From Thermoanaerobaculia bacterium (GTDB lineage: Bacteria; Acidobacteriota; Thermoanaerobaculia; Multivoradales; JBJKRB01), in the NCBI GenBank assembly GCA_046704885.1, contig JBJKRB010000150.1, forward strand, positions 32,527 to 96,526: DNA of 64,000 bases, given 5' to 3'. The position numbers and the translations under genes were made by a program. The notes under the pieces were generated by a model. The model was not told the origin of the DNA. It did no database searches and saw only the letters and a program-made list of their open reading frames with translations. Every line of letters begins with the position of its first letter. Positions within the stretch are counted from its first letter, which is position 1. Positions 55,324-64,000 of this stretch are shown one piece after another.

Positions 55324-57575
55324 GTGACCACGACCTCTCGTCTCAAAGCGCCTTCCGGCTCCGGTGTGCTCACGACCGGCTCACGACCGGGAAGGCGAAT
55401 CTCCACCTTCTGCGGCTTCGTCCGCCACTCGACCTTCCAGCGAACCCGCGGCTCGCCGTCCACGCTCGAAATGTCGACGGTGACGGGTCCCCAGCGGCTC
55501 GGTGTCGGCCCGAAAGAAACCTCTTCGCCGCCCTCGAGCCAGCGCGCCGGTACCCCGGAAGCGAGGATCAAGCACTCCCCCTCCTCGCGCACGAAGCTGT
55601 TGCGCATCATCAGCACCCATTCCGCCGCCGCCCAGACATGTTGGCCGTCACCCATGCAACCGCCCAGGGTTCGCGGATGGATGGCCTCTGGCCACTGCCC
55701 GGTCGCGGAGGCGAGCTCGGCCACTCGGTCTCGCAACGCGCCAAAACGCTGATCGCCCGCGCGCAGCAGAACCTGAGCCACCTGCAGGGTCAGATAAGGG
55801 TTGATGCCCGAGTGAATCATGTCCTGGAAGAATCCGCCGGCGACAAAGCAGTGGTCGAGCAGGTAGTCCACCGTCGCGAGCAGGCGTCGATCCGTAGGCC
55901 CCCAGAGCTCGAGTGGATAGCCCGCCGCGAGCGACCCGATGGCACCGGAGTCCAAGCGCCGATAGGGCGAGGCCGGCATGGCCGGGGAGCCGATCCTCGC
56001 CTCCACCTCCTCCAGGTTGTGCTCGATTAGGTCGAGAAATTCCCCGGCTTCGGCGCGCAACCGTTGCGGCAACGAGCTCTGCCCGTAGCGCTCGAGCAGG
56101 CCAGCCGCGGCGCGGAGCCCCGCGACACCCCAGAAGTCGTCCCAGTAGTAGTAGTCGTTGGGGCCGAGATGCTCGGCGCTGAAACCGGCGGGAAGCAGCC
56201 CGGCGTGCGGCGAGTCCGGGCGCAAGGAAAGGCGCTTGCGCAAGATCCAGGACGCTCCCCGTTCGGCCGCGCGCCGCCACTTCTCCTCCGGGGCACGACC
56301 GGTGAGCTCGCAGTAGCGCTCGAGAATCCAGAGCGCCTCGCCGTTGGAGTCCCACTCCCCCTCCTGGGAACGAAAGAATCCATTCGCCAGCTGTCGGCCG
56401 GGGAAGCTCGAGAGAACCCGCCCCACGCGGTCGCTGAATCCGGCCATGATCATGCCGTAGAGAATGAAGGCGGCGTCACGAAACCAGAACCGCTTGTAGG
56501 TATAGGGGCCCGGGTAGACCTCGCCTGGCGCGTGCAACACCAATGTCCGCAACGCCGCTTCATAGAGGCGTTGGCTGAGCGCGTCCGGGACTCGTAAACG
56601 ACAGGCACCGGCGAGGGCTTCCTCCCATGAGCGCAGACGGACGCTCCCGTTCCCGCCTTCCCGCGCGATTGGAATCCTCACCCGGACGTTCCGTGGGCTC
56701 CCGGGCGAGACAGCCCAGAGCGCGGCGGCGCTCGCCATGCCGACCTCGCACTTGACGCCGCGACGCTCGCCACCAGAGGGCAGCTGGGTAAAGACGTCCC
56801 CACCGCGGTAGGTCGAGAAGCGGTGACGATCGGCCGGCGAGGTGAACGCGATCCGTGCTTTGCGGTTCACCTCCCAGCACTGATGTCCCTCGCCGAGGGC
56901 GATCTCATTGATGAAGCTCACTCCCTCCGGGTTGAACGGACGCAGGGCGAGCACCAGCCAGCCTGGAGCGTCACTCTCGGCGCTGAGCTCGAGCTGACAG
57001 CACGCTCCTTCGGCATCCTCGATCATCTCGACCCGCTCGAGCAGGCCCATCGCGCCGTCTTCCGCGGCGGTGACGACGGCAAGTCCGGTGGAGATGTCGA
57101 GATGCTGCTCCACCCGATCGATCCGCGCCGGGACGAGCGTCCTTCCGTCCTCGGCGATCACCCAGACATCGAGCGACCAGCCGTCCCAAAATGGCGTGAG
57201 CAGACCGCGAGCGTCGACGATCGGATAGCTGTCGAGGTCGGGCAGGCCCACGGCCGTCCAGTTGCGATGAGTCAGGTTGATGTGAGTGAGAGAGAAGGCG
57301 CGAGGAATGAAGGCTTCATCGCGCGGGTCGTACTGCCGTTCCACCCAGTAGGGCCAGACCCAATCCAGATTCTGCTGAATGGCCCCGGCGTTAAGCAAGC
57401 CGCGCGCATGAAAGACCATTCCGGCCCGCAGTAGCTCCAGGGGTTCCTTGACCTCGAGCGGCTGCGCGAAGCTCTCGAGGCGCGAAAAGAGCTTGACCGG
57501 ATCGATGAACCCGCGGCCACGGGCGAAGCGGCTGATCACGAACTTCCAAGGGAACCACCTGAGCCAGTTTGCCAT
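55320..57575 (-). CDS. six-hairpin (alpha/alpha)6 glycosidase-like protein
   Basis: Y.RFWFRDAA, GEWDSNGE, YYWDDFW...GL, W.EA.HP, GDGQH.WA pattern. Exact GH family not determinable by eye. Confidence 0.65.
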   Translation of the reverse strand: MANWLRWFPWKFVISRFARGRGFIDPVKLFSRLESFAQPLEVKEPLELLRAGMVFHARGLLNAGAIQQNLDWVWPYWVERQYDPRDEAFIPRAFSLTHINLTHRNWTAVGLPDLDSYPIVDARGLLTPFWDGWSLDVWVIAEDGRTLVPARIDRVEQHLDISTGLAVVTAAEDGAMGLLERVEMIEDAEGACCQLELSAESDAPGWLVLALRPFNPEGVSFINEIALGEGHQCWEVNRKARIAFTSPADRHRFSTYRGGDVFTQLPSGGERRGVKCEVGMASAAALWAVSPGSPRNVRVRIPIAREGGNGSVRLRSWEEALAGACRLRVPDALSQRLYEAALRTLVLHAPGEVYPGPYTYKRFWFRDAAFILYGMIMAGFSDRVGRVLSSFPGRQLANGFFRSQEGEWDSNGEALWILERYCELTGRAPEEKWRRAAERGASWILRKRLSLRPDSPHAGLLPAGFSAEHLGPNDYYYWDDFWGVAGLRAAAGLLERYGQSSLPQRLRAEAGEFLDLIEHNLEEVEARIGSPAMPASPYRRLDSGAIGSLAAGYPLELWGPTDRRLLATVDYLLDHCFVAGGFFQDMIHSGINPYLTLQVAQVLLRAGDQRFGALRDRVAELASATGQWPEAIHPRTLGGCMGDGQHVWAAAEWVLMMRNSFVREEGECLILASGVPARWLEGGEEVSFGPTPSRWGPVTVDISSVDGEPRVRWKVEWRTKPQKVEIRLPGREPVVSTPEPEGALRREVVVT

Positions 57576-57598
57576 GCTCGTTTCCTCCTGCCGCGGCG

Positions 57599-58642
57599 TC
57601 AGCCTCCAGACGCGCTATAGACCAACCACAAGCCGAAGAGATAGACCACGACCATGGTCAGAGCTCCAGCCTCGAACGCGGCGAAGCGTCTCTTGGCGCG
57701 CTGCACGATGGCCGCGATCCCGATGCTCATCAGAACGATCGCGGTCAGCGCCGAAATCGCGTGCGTTTGGCTCGCCACGGCGAGAACCGGACCCCGGCGA
57801 CTGGCGAGGTCGAGAGCCACGAAGATCGCCATGTTGACCGCGTTGCTTCCGAACAGATTCCCCACCGCGAGGTCAAAAGCCTTCAAGCGCACGGCCGCCA
57901 GCGAAGTCACAAACTCCGGGAGAGAAGTGGCGAGCCCCACCAACAAGGTGCCGAAAAAGGTCGCTCCCAAACCGGAGATCTCGGCTAGGCGCTTGGCGCT
58001 TGCGGCGAAGAGCGGCGCCGCCACCAGTATGGCTACGCTCGCGACGAGAAACCCGTAGATCGCCCGACGCAGCGCCTGGCGTCCTTCTTCCCGATCCCGC
58101 CTCCCGTCGTCTTCCTCCTCGGAGGAAGGAGAGGACATCTCTTCCACCGCCGCCGCCTGGCGGGCGGTCACGCTATGGCGAAAGATCGCCTGCGTTCCGA
58201 ACAGATACACCACCACGAGCAGCGCGGAGCCAGCACCTACCCCAAAGAGCTCCGCCTGCGGTCGAATGAGCAGGACCACGGCGGCGATCGCCGAAAGCGC
58301 CATCGCCAGGGAGCCCGAGAGGACCTGGTCGAGCGCCGCGCGGCGAAACAAACCCACTCCCACGGGCAGCAGCGTTAGAACCGCGAGAATCAGCATGTTG
58401 GCCATGCTGCTTCCGAAGAGATCGCCAGCGGCGAGATCGATAGCGCGGAAGCGGACCGCGGCGACGTCGGTGACGAGCTCGGGCAGCGAGGTGGCTGCGG
58501 CGAGGAAGACCGATCCGACCCAAAGATGGCCCAGGCGGGTTCGCGCCGCGATCACGTCGCCCGAGCGCGCCAGGCGAGTCCCGGCGACGATCACCGCCAC
58601 GGCGCTCGCCAGGAAACCGGCCCACAAGAGCCAGATCGTCAT
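57599..58642 (-). CDS. sodium:calcium antiporter (CaCA, YrbG-like)
   Basis: Two alpha-repeats ATSLPE...GDLFGS / GNLFGSN; about 10 TM helices. Confidence 0.92.
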   Translation of the reverse strand: MTIWLLWAGFLASAVAVIVAGTRLARSGDVIAARTRLGHLWVGSVFLAAATSLPELVTDVAAVRFRAIDLAAGDLFGSSMANMLILAVLTLLPVGVGLFRRAALDQVLSGSLAMALSAIAAVVLLIRPQAELFGVGAGSALLVVVYLFGTQAIFRHSVTARQAAAVEEMSSPSSEEEDDGRRDREEGRQALRRAIYGFLVASVAILVAAPLFAASAKRLAEISGLGATFFGTLLVGLATSLPEFVTSLAAVRLKAFDLAVGNLFGSNAVNMAIFVALDLASRRGPVLAVASQTHAISALTAIVLMSIGIAAIVQRAKRRFAAFEAGALTMVVVYLFGLWLVYSASGG

Positions 58643-61395
58643 TGGGCCTCCCCTCTCCGCTCGGTCGCGGGGCGGGAGGGACGCTCACGCGCTATTCGCA
58701 ACCCCTGCCCGATCACCGCCGGCGCCAAGGCCAGCGGCAGGATCACGGACCAGTCGCGCGCGCTCGGCGCCACCACTCCAAGAATCTCGGCCAACGGCTT
58801 CCAGTAGACCGCAGCAAGCTGCAGGGCAATCACGAAGAGCACGGCCGCCAGAGCCCAAGGGTTCGCCGCCGTGCGGCCCCGGTGCAACAAGGAACGGTGG
58901 CTGCGTGCGTTGCCCAAGTGGAAGACCTGGGCCAGGGCGAGTGTCATGAAGGTCACGGTTTGCGCGCGGCGAATTGTCGAGCCGTTGAGAGCGAGCAAGA
59001 AACCAGCAAGAGTGGCGAGCGTGATGAGAACGGCAAAGAACACGATGCTGCGCAGAAACCGTGGGGAGAGAATGGCGTGACCTGGATCTCGCGGCGGGCG
59101 CGACATGACGCCGGGCTCGCCGGGCTCGACCGCAAGCGCCAGGGCCGGAAAGCTGTCGGTCACCAAGTTCATCCACAAGATCTGCAAGGGAAGCAGCGGT
59201 TGAGGGAGCGCGATGACGCTCGCGCCGAGCAGCACGAGGACCTCCGCCAGATTGCAGGAGAAGAGGAAGTAGACGAACTTTCGAATGTTCTCGAAGATGA
59301 CGCGGCCTTCCTCGACCGCGGCCGCGACCGTCGCGAAGCGATCGTCGCGAAGCACGATCGCCGCGGCGTCGCGCGCCACGTCCGTTCCGCGCCGCCCCAT
59401 CGCGACGCCGATATCGGCGCGCTTGAGAGCCACCGCGTCGTTTACACCATCGCCGAGCATCGCCACGATCTCCCCGCGCTTCTGCAGGGCCTCGACCACC
59501 CGCAGCTTCTCCACCGGGCTGATCCTGTCGACGACCGCGATGGCGGGCATGCGGCGCTCGAGCTCCGCATCGCTCATCGCTTCGAGGTCTGGACCGTGAA
59601 CGATTTCGTCCCCCGCCGCCAGCATGCCGACGCTGCGCGCCACCGCCTCGGCCGTGCGCCGCTGGTCGCCGGTCAACATCACGGTGCGGATGCCGGCCCG
59701 ACGGAGCTCATGCACGGTCTCTACGACGCCCGCCGCGACCGGATCCTCGATTCCCACGAGCGCAACGAAGGTCAGCGCGACGAGCTCGCTCGCCGGGCTC
59801 GGCTCTCGCTCCCCCTCGGCTAGCGCCAAGACCCGCAAACCCCGTGTGGCCAGGTGACGGTTCATCTCGAGAATCCGCTGGCGGCCAGCCTCGTCAAGAT
59901 CCTCTTCCTCATGCTCGCCGAGCCTCCGGTCGCAGCGCTCGAGGACCCGCTCCGGCGCTCCTTTGACGCAGGCCAGCGGTGTTCCGTCGGGAGCGCGGTG
60001 AAAGGTCGCCATCCAACCGCGGTCGCTCGAGAAGGGGATGCCTCCGATCTCGGGCCACTGCTCGCGAAGCCGTGCTCGCTCGATACCCGCGCTCGCGGCG
60101 GCCACAAGAAGCGCCCGCTCCGTTGGGTCGCTTCCCTGCACTGCATTCCCGTCCGCAGGGAGGGCGGCGCGATTGGCGAGCGCCGCGATCCTCAACGCCC
60201 GCCGCGGCCCGGCGCCGAGCGTCACGGCGAATGCATCTCTCCTCTCCTTGCCGCCCGCCGGCAGGGAGATCTCGTTGTCGCCGACCACAAGGGTGGTCGC
60301 GACCATCTGGGCGGCGGTGAGAGTTCCTGTCTTGTCGGCACAGACCACCGTGGCCGATCCCAGGGCTTCGACGGCGGGCAGACGCCGCACCAGGGCCTTG
60401 CGCCGGGCCATCCGCCATACCCCTACCGCGAGCGCGATCGTGGCGACGGCTGGAAGCCCCTCGGGGACCGCGGCAATCGCAAGAGCGATGCCGGTCTCGA
60501 TCATGAACATCAACGACTCGCCGCGCGCCAAGCCAAGCGCGATCACGACCACCGCGATTCCCAGAGTCAGCCAGACCAGGCGTCTCCCAAGCGCATCCAG
60601 TCTGCGCTCGAGCGGAGTCGGCTCGGTGGCGATCGTCCCACTCAGAACGCCGATTCGTCCGAGCTCGGTCTTGTCGCCGGTCGCCACCACCAGAGCTTGG
60701 CCTTCACCGGCGACAACCGTGGTTCCCTGGTAGAGCATGTTGGAGCGTTCGGCGACTGGCGTCGCCGCGCTCAAGACCGCGTCGGCACGCTTCTCGACCG
60801 GTAACGACTCGCCCGTCAGGAGCGCCTCGTTGGCCGCCAGCTCGGATGCGGCAAGCAGACGGGCATCAGCGGGCACCGCCTGTCCGGCCTCGATCTCAAT
60901 CAGATCTCCGGGCACGAGGCCAGCAGCCTCGATCTCCTGGCTTTCGCCATCGCGCACCACCCGCGCAAGCGGGACTTCGAGCCCACGCAAGGCCTCGATC
61001 GCGCGATGCGCCCGCAACTCGGTAGCGAAGCCCAGAAGCGCGTTGGCCGCGAGAATGGCAAGAATGACAAGGCTGTCGATCCGCTCTCCGACAAACCAGG
61101 CCGCGCCGCCAGCGACCGCAAGGAGCAGGACCACCAGACTGCGAAACTGATCGACGAACACCCGCCACGCGGCGGTGGCGGGGACGACCCTCAACCGATT
61201 CGCTCCGTACAGCTCGAGGCGACGGCGCGCGGCCTCCGTGGAGAGACCATCTGGGGTCGCCTCGAGGTGGGCAAGAACCCCGGCGGCCGGCACGGCGTGC
61301 CAGAGGAAATGGTGTACGACGGAGACTGGACCGGCTCGAGACTCGCGCGCGGACCCGTCCCCGGCCTGTCTTTGCGGTCTTGCCGTGGCGTTCAT
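58639..61395 (-). CDS. cation-translocating P-type ATPase (type IIA, Ca2+-like)
   Basis: LTGES, VPEGLP, DKTGTLT, KGAPE, TGD, GDGVND, QILWMNLVTD. Confidence 0.94.
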   Translation of the reverse strand: MNATARPQRQAGDGSARESRAGPVSVVHHFLWHAVPAAGVLAHLEATPDGLSTEAARRRLELYGANRLRVVPATAAWRVFVDQFRSLVVLLLAVAGGAAWFVGERIDSLVILAILAANALLGFATELRAHRAIEALRGLEVPLARVVRDGESQEIEAAGLVPGDLIEIEAGQAVPADARLLAASELAANEALLTGESLPVEKRADAVLSAATPVAERSNMLYQGTTVVAGEGQALVVATGDKTELGRIGVLSGTIATEPTPLERRLDALGRRLVWLTLGIAVVVIALGLARGESLMFMIETGIALAIAAVPEGLPAVATIALAVGVWRMARRKALVRRLPAVEALGSATVVCADKTGTLTAAQMVATTLVVGDNEISLPAGGKERRDAFAVTLGAGPRRALRIAALANRAALPADGNAVQGSDPTERALLVAAASAGIERARLREQWPEIGGIPFSSDRGWMATFHRAPDGTPLACVKGAPERVLERCDRRLGEHEEEDLDEAGRQRILEMNRHLATRGLRVLALAEGEREPSPASELVALTFVALVGIEDPVAAGVVETVHELRRAGIRTVMLTGDQRRTAEAVARSVGMLAAGDEIVHGPDLEAMSDAELERRMPAIAVVDRISPVEKLRVVEALQKRGEIVAMLGDGVNDAVALKRADIGVAMGRRGTDVARDAAAIVLRDDRFATVAAAVEEGRVIFENIRKFVYFLFSCNLAEVLVLLGASVIALPQPLLPLQILWMNLVTDSFPALALAVEPGEPGVMSRPPRDPGHAILSPRFLRSIVFFAVLITLATLAGFLLALNGSTIRRAQTVTFMTLALAQVFHLGNARSHRSLLHRGRTAANPWALAAVLFVIALQLAAVYWKPLAEILGVVAPSARDWSVILPLALAPAVIGQGLRIARERPSRPATERRGEAQ

Positions 61396-61457
61396 CGCCG
61401 TCTCGCTAGAGCTCCCGCCGCGGCCGGCGAGGAACGAAGGGCGGCCACCGCCCCTCC

Positions 61458-62411
61458 TCAAGGGGTTGAGGCGTGAGAGGTGAGGACCGGGCATGGCGCG
61501 CACTGCACCACGCGTTCGGCGGTGCTCCCCAGGACGAGGCGCCCCAAACCGGTGCGGCCGCGTGTTCCCATGGCGATGAGATCGACGTCGAGCTCGTCGG
61601 CGGCCGCGAGGATCGCTTCCGGCGCGTACCCCCGACGCACCATGGTCTCGACCTTCAAGCCACGCTTGCGAAGAGCGCTCCCAATGCCCTCGAGCCGTTC
61701 CTCGAACGAGCTCGCCAAGGCCTCCCAGTAGCGAAAGGACATCTGGCTCATCCCTTGGGTCCCATAGACGCCATAGTCAGTGGGTAGCTGAAGGGCGTAG
61801 AGGAGCCAGATCGTCGCGCCGCTCGCAACGAGCGGAAAAAGTCGCAGCGCATCCTCGATCGCCGCCCCCGCGTCGGGGGAGAAGTCGGTGGGCACGAGGA
61901 GCTTGCGTACGCTCGAGGCGAGGCCGTCGTCTTCTTCGTGCACGCTGAGGACGGGGCAGCAGGCGCCGCGCAGCACCCTCTGCGCCGTGCTTCCCAAGAG
62001 GAGGTGCCGGAATCCCCTGAGACCCCGGGTCCCGATCACGCAGAGATCGGCTCCCTCCTTCCGGCAGGTATCCTCGATAAAACTCTCTGGCCGGCCGAAA
62101 CCGACGGTGACGTCGACCTCTCGCCCGCGGGCCCTGAGATCGCTTGCTAAGGCCTCGATCCGCTCGCGAGCCGAGGCCAGGAGTTGATCTCCCATACCCA
62201 GCGGCATCTCGACCGCCGCTCCGAACGAATCGGGTGGCATGACGCAATGGACGAGAAGGAGGCTGGCGCCGTGCAGCTTGGCGAGATCTTGTGCCCAGGC
62301 GAGAGCCTTCTCGGCGGGGACGGAAAGATCGGTGGCAACGAGCAGGCGGCGCGGAGCGCTCGAGCGTTCCCCTCCGGCGCCACGGGCTGTCTTCTTCTTG
62401 GCTTTCGACAC
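61458..62411 (-). CDS. tandem-domain universal stress protein
   Basis: Two USP domains: LLV.TD.S...GTRG.....LGSTA.RV....CPVL. Confidence 0.93.
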   Translation of the reverse strand: MSKAKKKTARGAGGERSSAPRRLLVATDLSVPAEKALAWAQDLAKLHGASLLLVHCVMPPDSFGAAVEMPLGMGDQLLASARERIEALASDLRARGREVDVTVGFGRPESFIEDTCRKEGADLCVIGTRGLRGFRHLLLGSTAQRVLRGACCPVLSVHEEDDGLASSVRKLLVPTDFSPDAGAAIEDALRLFPLVASGATIWLLYALQLPTDYGVYGTQGMSQMSFRYWEALASSFEERLEGIGSALRKRGLKVETMVRRGYAPEAILAAADELDVDLIAMGTRGRTGLGRLVLGSTAERVVQCAPCPVLTSHASTP

Positions 62412-62461
62412 CGGACCTCCTTTCCTTGCGAGCGCCTCTTGGGACGCAGGAGGATGAGCCG

Positions 62462-63061
62462 CTAGGGTTTGTGGCTCTCGGCGCTAGCGACCAGACTTTG
62501 AACCTTCTCGATCAGCTTCGGCTCGTGCAATCCCGCCTTGAGCGCCAGCGGCATCGCTTTGGCGGGCGCCATTCCCTTGTGCTCCACCAAATAGGCGTAG
62601 TAGAGAGCGCCGACCCGATTCGAGCTCGCGCAGTGAACGACAACCGGGCGCTTGGCATCGGCAAAGACTCGAATGAAGCGCTCAATCGTGGCGCGGTCGA
62701 GGAGCTCGAGACTCACCGGTATGTTGACGTAGGTCAGACCTTCCTGCTTGGCAACCTGCGGCTCCTCGAAGCCACGCTCTTCACTGGGACGGCGAAGATC
62801 GATGTCCGTGTTGTACCCAGCCTCGGCCAACCTCTTCATCTGCGCGGCCGTCGGCTGCCCGGCCGCCAGCACCTCGAGCTCGATGAACTTTGCATGATAG
62901 ATGTCGAAAGGTACGCTCGCCTTCGGCGCGGGCTGCGGACCCGCCGCCTGCAGCATGGTGGCCGACAATGCGCAAATAACTAGCAAGACGAGAAACAGCG
63001 CCGGGACTCTTCCCAGCTCTCGTCGCCGCACGCTCTCGAGGTCGATCTTCTTCCAGCTCAT
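62462..63061 (-). CDS. DUF442 / PTP-like sulfurtransferase-family protein with signal peptide
   Basis: AGQP, IDLR..SE, YVNIPV, HCASSNR (Cx5R loop). Confidence 0.75.
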   Translation of the reverse strand: MSWKKIDLESVRRRELGRVPALFLVLLVICALSATMLQAAGPQPAPKASVPFDIYHAKFIELEVLAAGQPTAAQMKRLAEAGYNTDIDLRRPSEERGFEEPQVAKQEGLTYVNIPVSLELLDRATIERFIRVFADAKRPVVVHCASSNRVGALYYAYLVEHKGMAPAKAMPLALKAGLHEPKLIEKVQSLVASAESHKP

Positions 63062-63094
63062 CTTCTGCTCCTCTTCACCTCGCCGTGAACCCGA

Positions 63095-63571
63095 CTACTG
63101 GACCTCCACCAGGAGACCCAAGAGGTCCGAGGTCGAGATGATCCCAGTAGGCTTTTCGTCGTGCGTCACGAGCAGACGGTGGATATGCGAGTCGATCATC
63201 GTCTCAGCGACCTCCGCGATGGGGGTGCTTTCGTCGACCGAGTAAACGGTCGGCGTCATGATCTCGCGTACTAGCACTCCCTCGTCCTCGACGTGAAACC
63301 GACGCATCTCTTCCACCGTGAGCTTCTCTTCCCAACCACGGACGAAGAACTCCGGGTTGGACCGGTCGTTGTCGAACTGCCTGCCCTCGGCTGAAGCTTC
63401 GGCGATGTCGGTCAACGAAAGGACGCCGACCAGCTGACCGTCCCGGTTCTCGACGGGCGCTCCGGAGATCTCGTTGTCGACCAGAACCCCCGCCGCTTCG
63501 TCGACGCTCATGTCGTCGAAGACCGTAATCACGTTGGGATTCATCACGTCCTTGGCTGTCAAGAGCCGCAT
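63095..63571 (-). CDS. CBS domain pair protein
   Basis: AKDVM, ISGAPV, GVLSLTD, VREIMT, IHRLLV, GIISTSD; AAAGGAGG RBS before ATG 63571. Confidence 0.9.
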   Translation of the reverse strand: MRLLTAKDVMNPNVITVFDDMSVDEAAGVLVDNEISGAPVENRDGQLVGVLSLTDIAEASAEGRQFDNDRSNPEFFVRGWEEKLTVEEMRRFHVEDEGVLVREIMTPTVYSVDESTPIAEVAETMIDSHIHRLLVTHDEKPTGIISTSDLLGLLVEVQ

Positions 63572-63660
63572 CTGTCGCCTCCTTTCCGACGGTCGAGTGC
63601 CTCGCGACCAGGGGAGATTTCCGCTGCTAGAAAACATATCGCCGGGCATCGAGAGGCGGA

Positions 63661-63676
63661 CCACCCGCGCGGGTAG
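63661..63676. promoter_or_regulatory. putative operator CCACCC-GCGC-GGGTAG
   Basis: Near-perfect 6-4-6 palindrome upstream of the CBS/USP gene string; matches the 34544 site. Confidence 0.45.
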
Positions 63677-63745
63677 CGACGCCGGACGTGAACGGATGGC
63701 CGTCCTCCCGGGTATGGCGGGAAGAGCCGCGAGGTGGGAACGGCT

Positions 63746-63761
63746 CCACCCCAAAGGGTGG
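63746..63761. promoter_or_regulatory. putative operator CCACCC-CAAA-GGGTGG
   Basis: Perfect 6-4-6 palindrome in the same intergenic region. Confidence 0.45.
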
Positions 63762-63798
63762 TTACAAGCTTCGCCACCGTCCTGTAGAGTGCACCGCG

Positions 63799-64000
63799 AT
63801 GGAACGACGCCGCTTCATCAGCTGGGCCTCTGGGATGCTCGCAACCCTCGTTTTCGGTTTGGGGGCACCGCTCGCTTTCTGCAACGCCACCACCTGCTCG
63901 ATGATGAACGCGCCGCGGGTGGCGGCGGCTCACTCCTGTTGCCAGCAGCCGGACGAGGTGCAGAGCAACTGTTGCGGGTCCATGGAAACCTGCGATCAGG
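63799..64000 (+). CDS. partial Cys-rich small protein (runs off the window; not in the ORF track)
   Basis: Manual translation: MERRRFISWASGMLATLVFGLGAPLAFCNATTCSMMNAPRVAAAHSCCQQPDEVQSNCCGSMETCDQ, with no stop before the window end. Confidence 0.55.
   Translation, partial: MERRRFISWASGMLATLVFGLGAPLAFCNATTCSMMNAPRVAAAHSCCQQPDEVQSNCCGSMETCDQ

Noticed and set aside
1-64000. Abundant CTCGAG/TCGA words as a repeat family; CRISPR, tRNA, rRNA or IS elements
   Set aside because: CTCGAG mostly reflects Leu-Glu (CTC GAG) codon usage. I saw no regularly spaced repeats, RNA-gene signatures or transposases by eye; short ncRNAs could have been missed.

Overview
High-GC bacterial chromosomal DNA, densely coding, with about 60 genes. 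The gene content would fit Acidobacteriota, but that is an inference only. I saw no rRNA, tRNA, CRISPR array, transposase or prophage genes. Blocks in order: (1) 3-2680, an alpha/beta-hydrolase and a stand-alone MshEN-repeat (c-di-GMP receptor-like) protein. (2) 2819-11388, the best candidate for an undescribed system: five glycosyltransferases (GT2-TPR, three GT4, GT32), an FkbM methyltransferase, a P-loop-less HprK-like protein and a PqqD/RRE chaperone. These surround a small Tat-signal protein whose leader carries a lasso-type YxxPx[LV] motif, followed by a Ser-Asn-repeat segment and a DUF11 domain; an IPTL-CTERM protein is co-encoded. I read this as possible RiPP-like, RRE-guided glycosylation of an exported protein. 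(3) 11.4-22.6 kb, tryptophanase, class II aldolase, phosphoketolase, acetate kinase, an SDR, a beta-propeller and a NarL-type two-component pair. (4) 22.7-26.2 kb, C39 peptidase + RimK-like ATP-grasp + GCS2 ligase. (5) 26.2-45.9 kb, a complete V/A-type ATP synthase operon divergent from a group 1 [NiFe]-hydrogenase/hyp operon that also contains a cytochrome c lipoprotein and a stand-alone crotonase. (6) 45.9-64 kb, c-di-GMP enzymes, an acyl-CoA ligase, a glycosidase/GT4/acyltransferase trio, Ca2+ transporters, and USP, DUF442 and CBS proteins. A palindrome CYACCC-N4-GGGTRG recurs in two intergenic regions 29 kb apart. All family assignments come from recognising motifs by eye; no searches were run.
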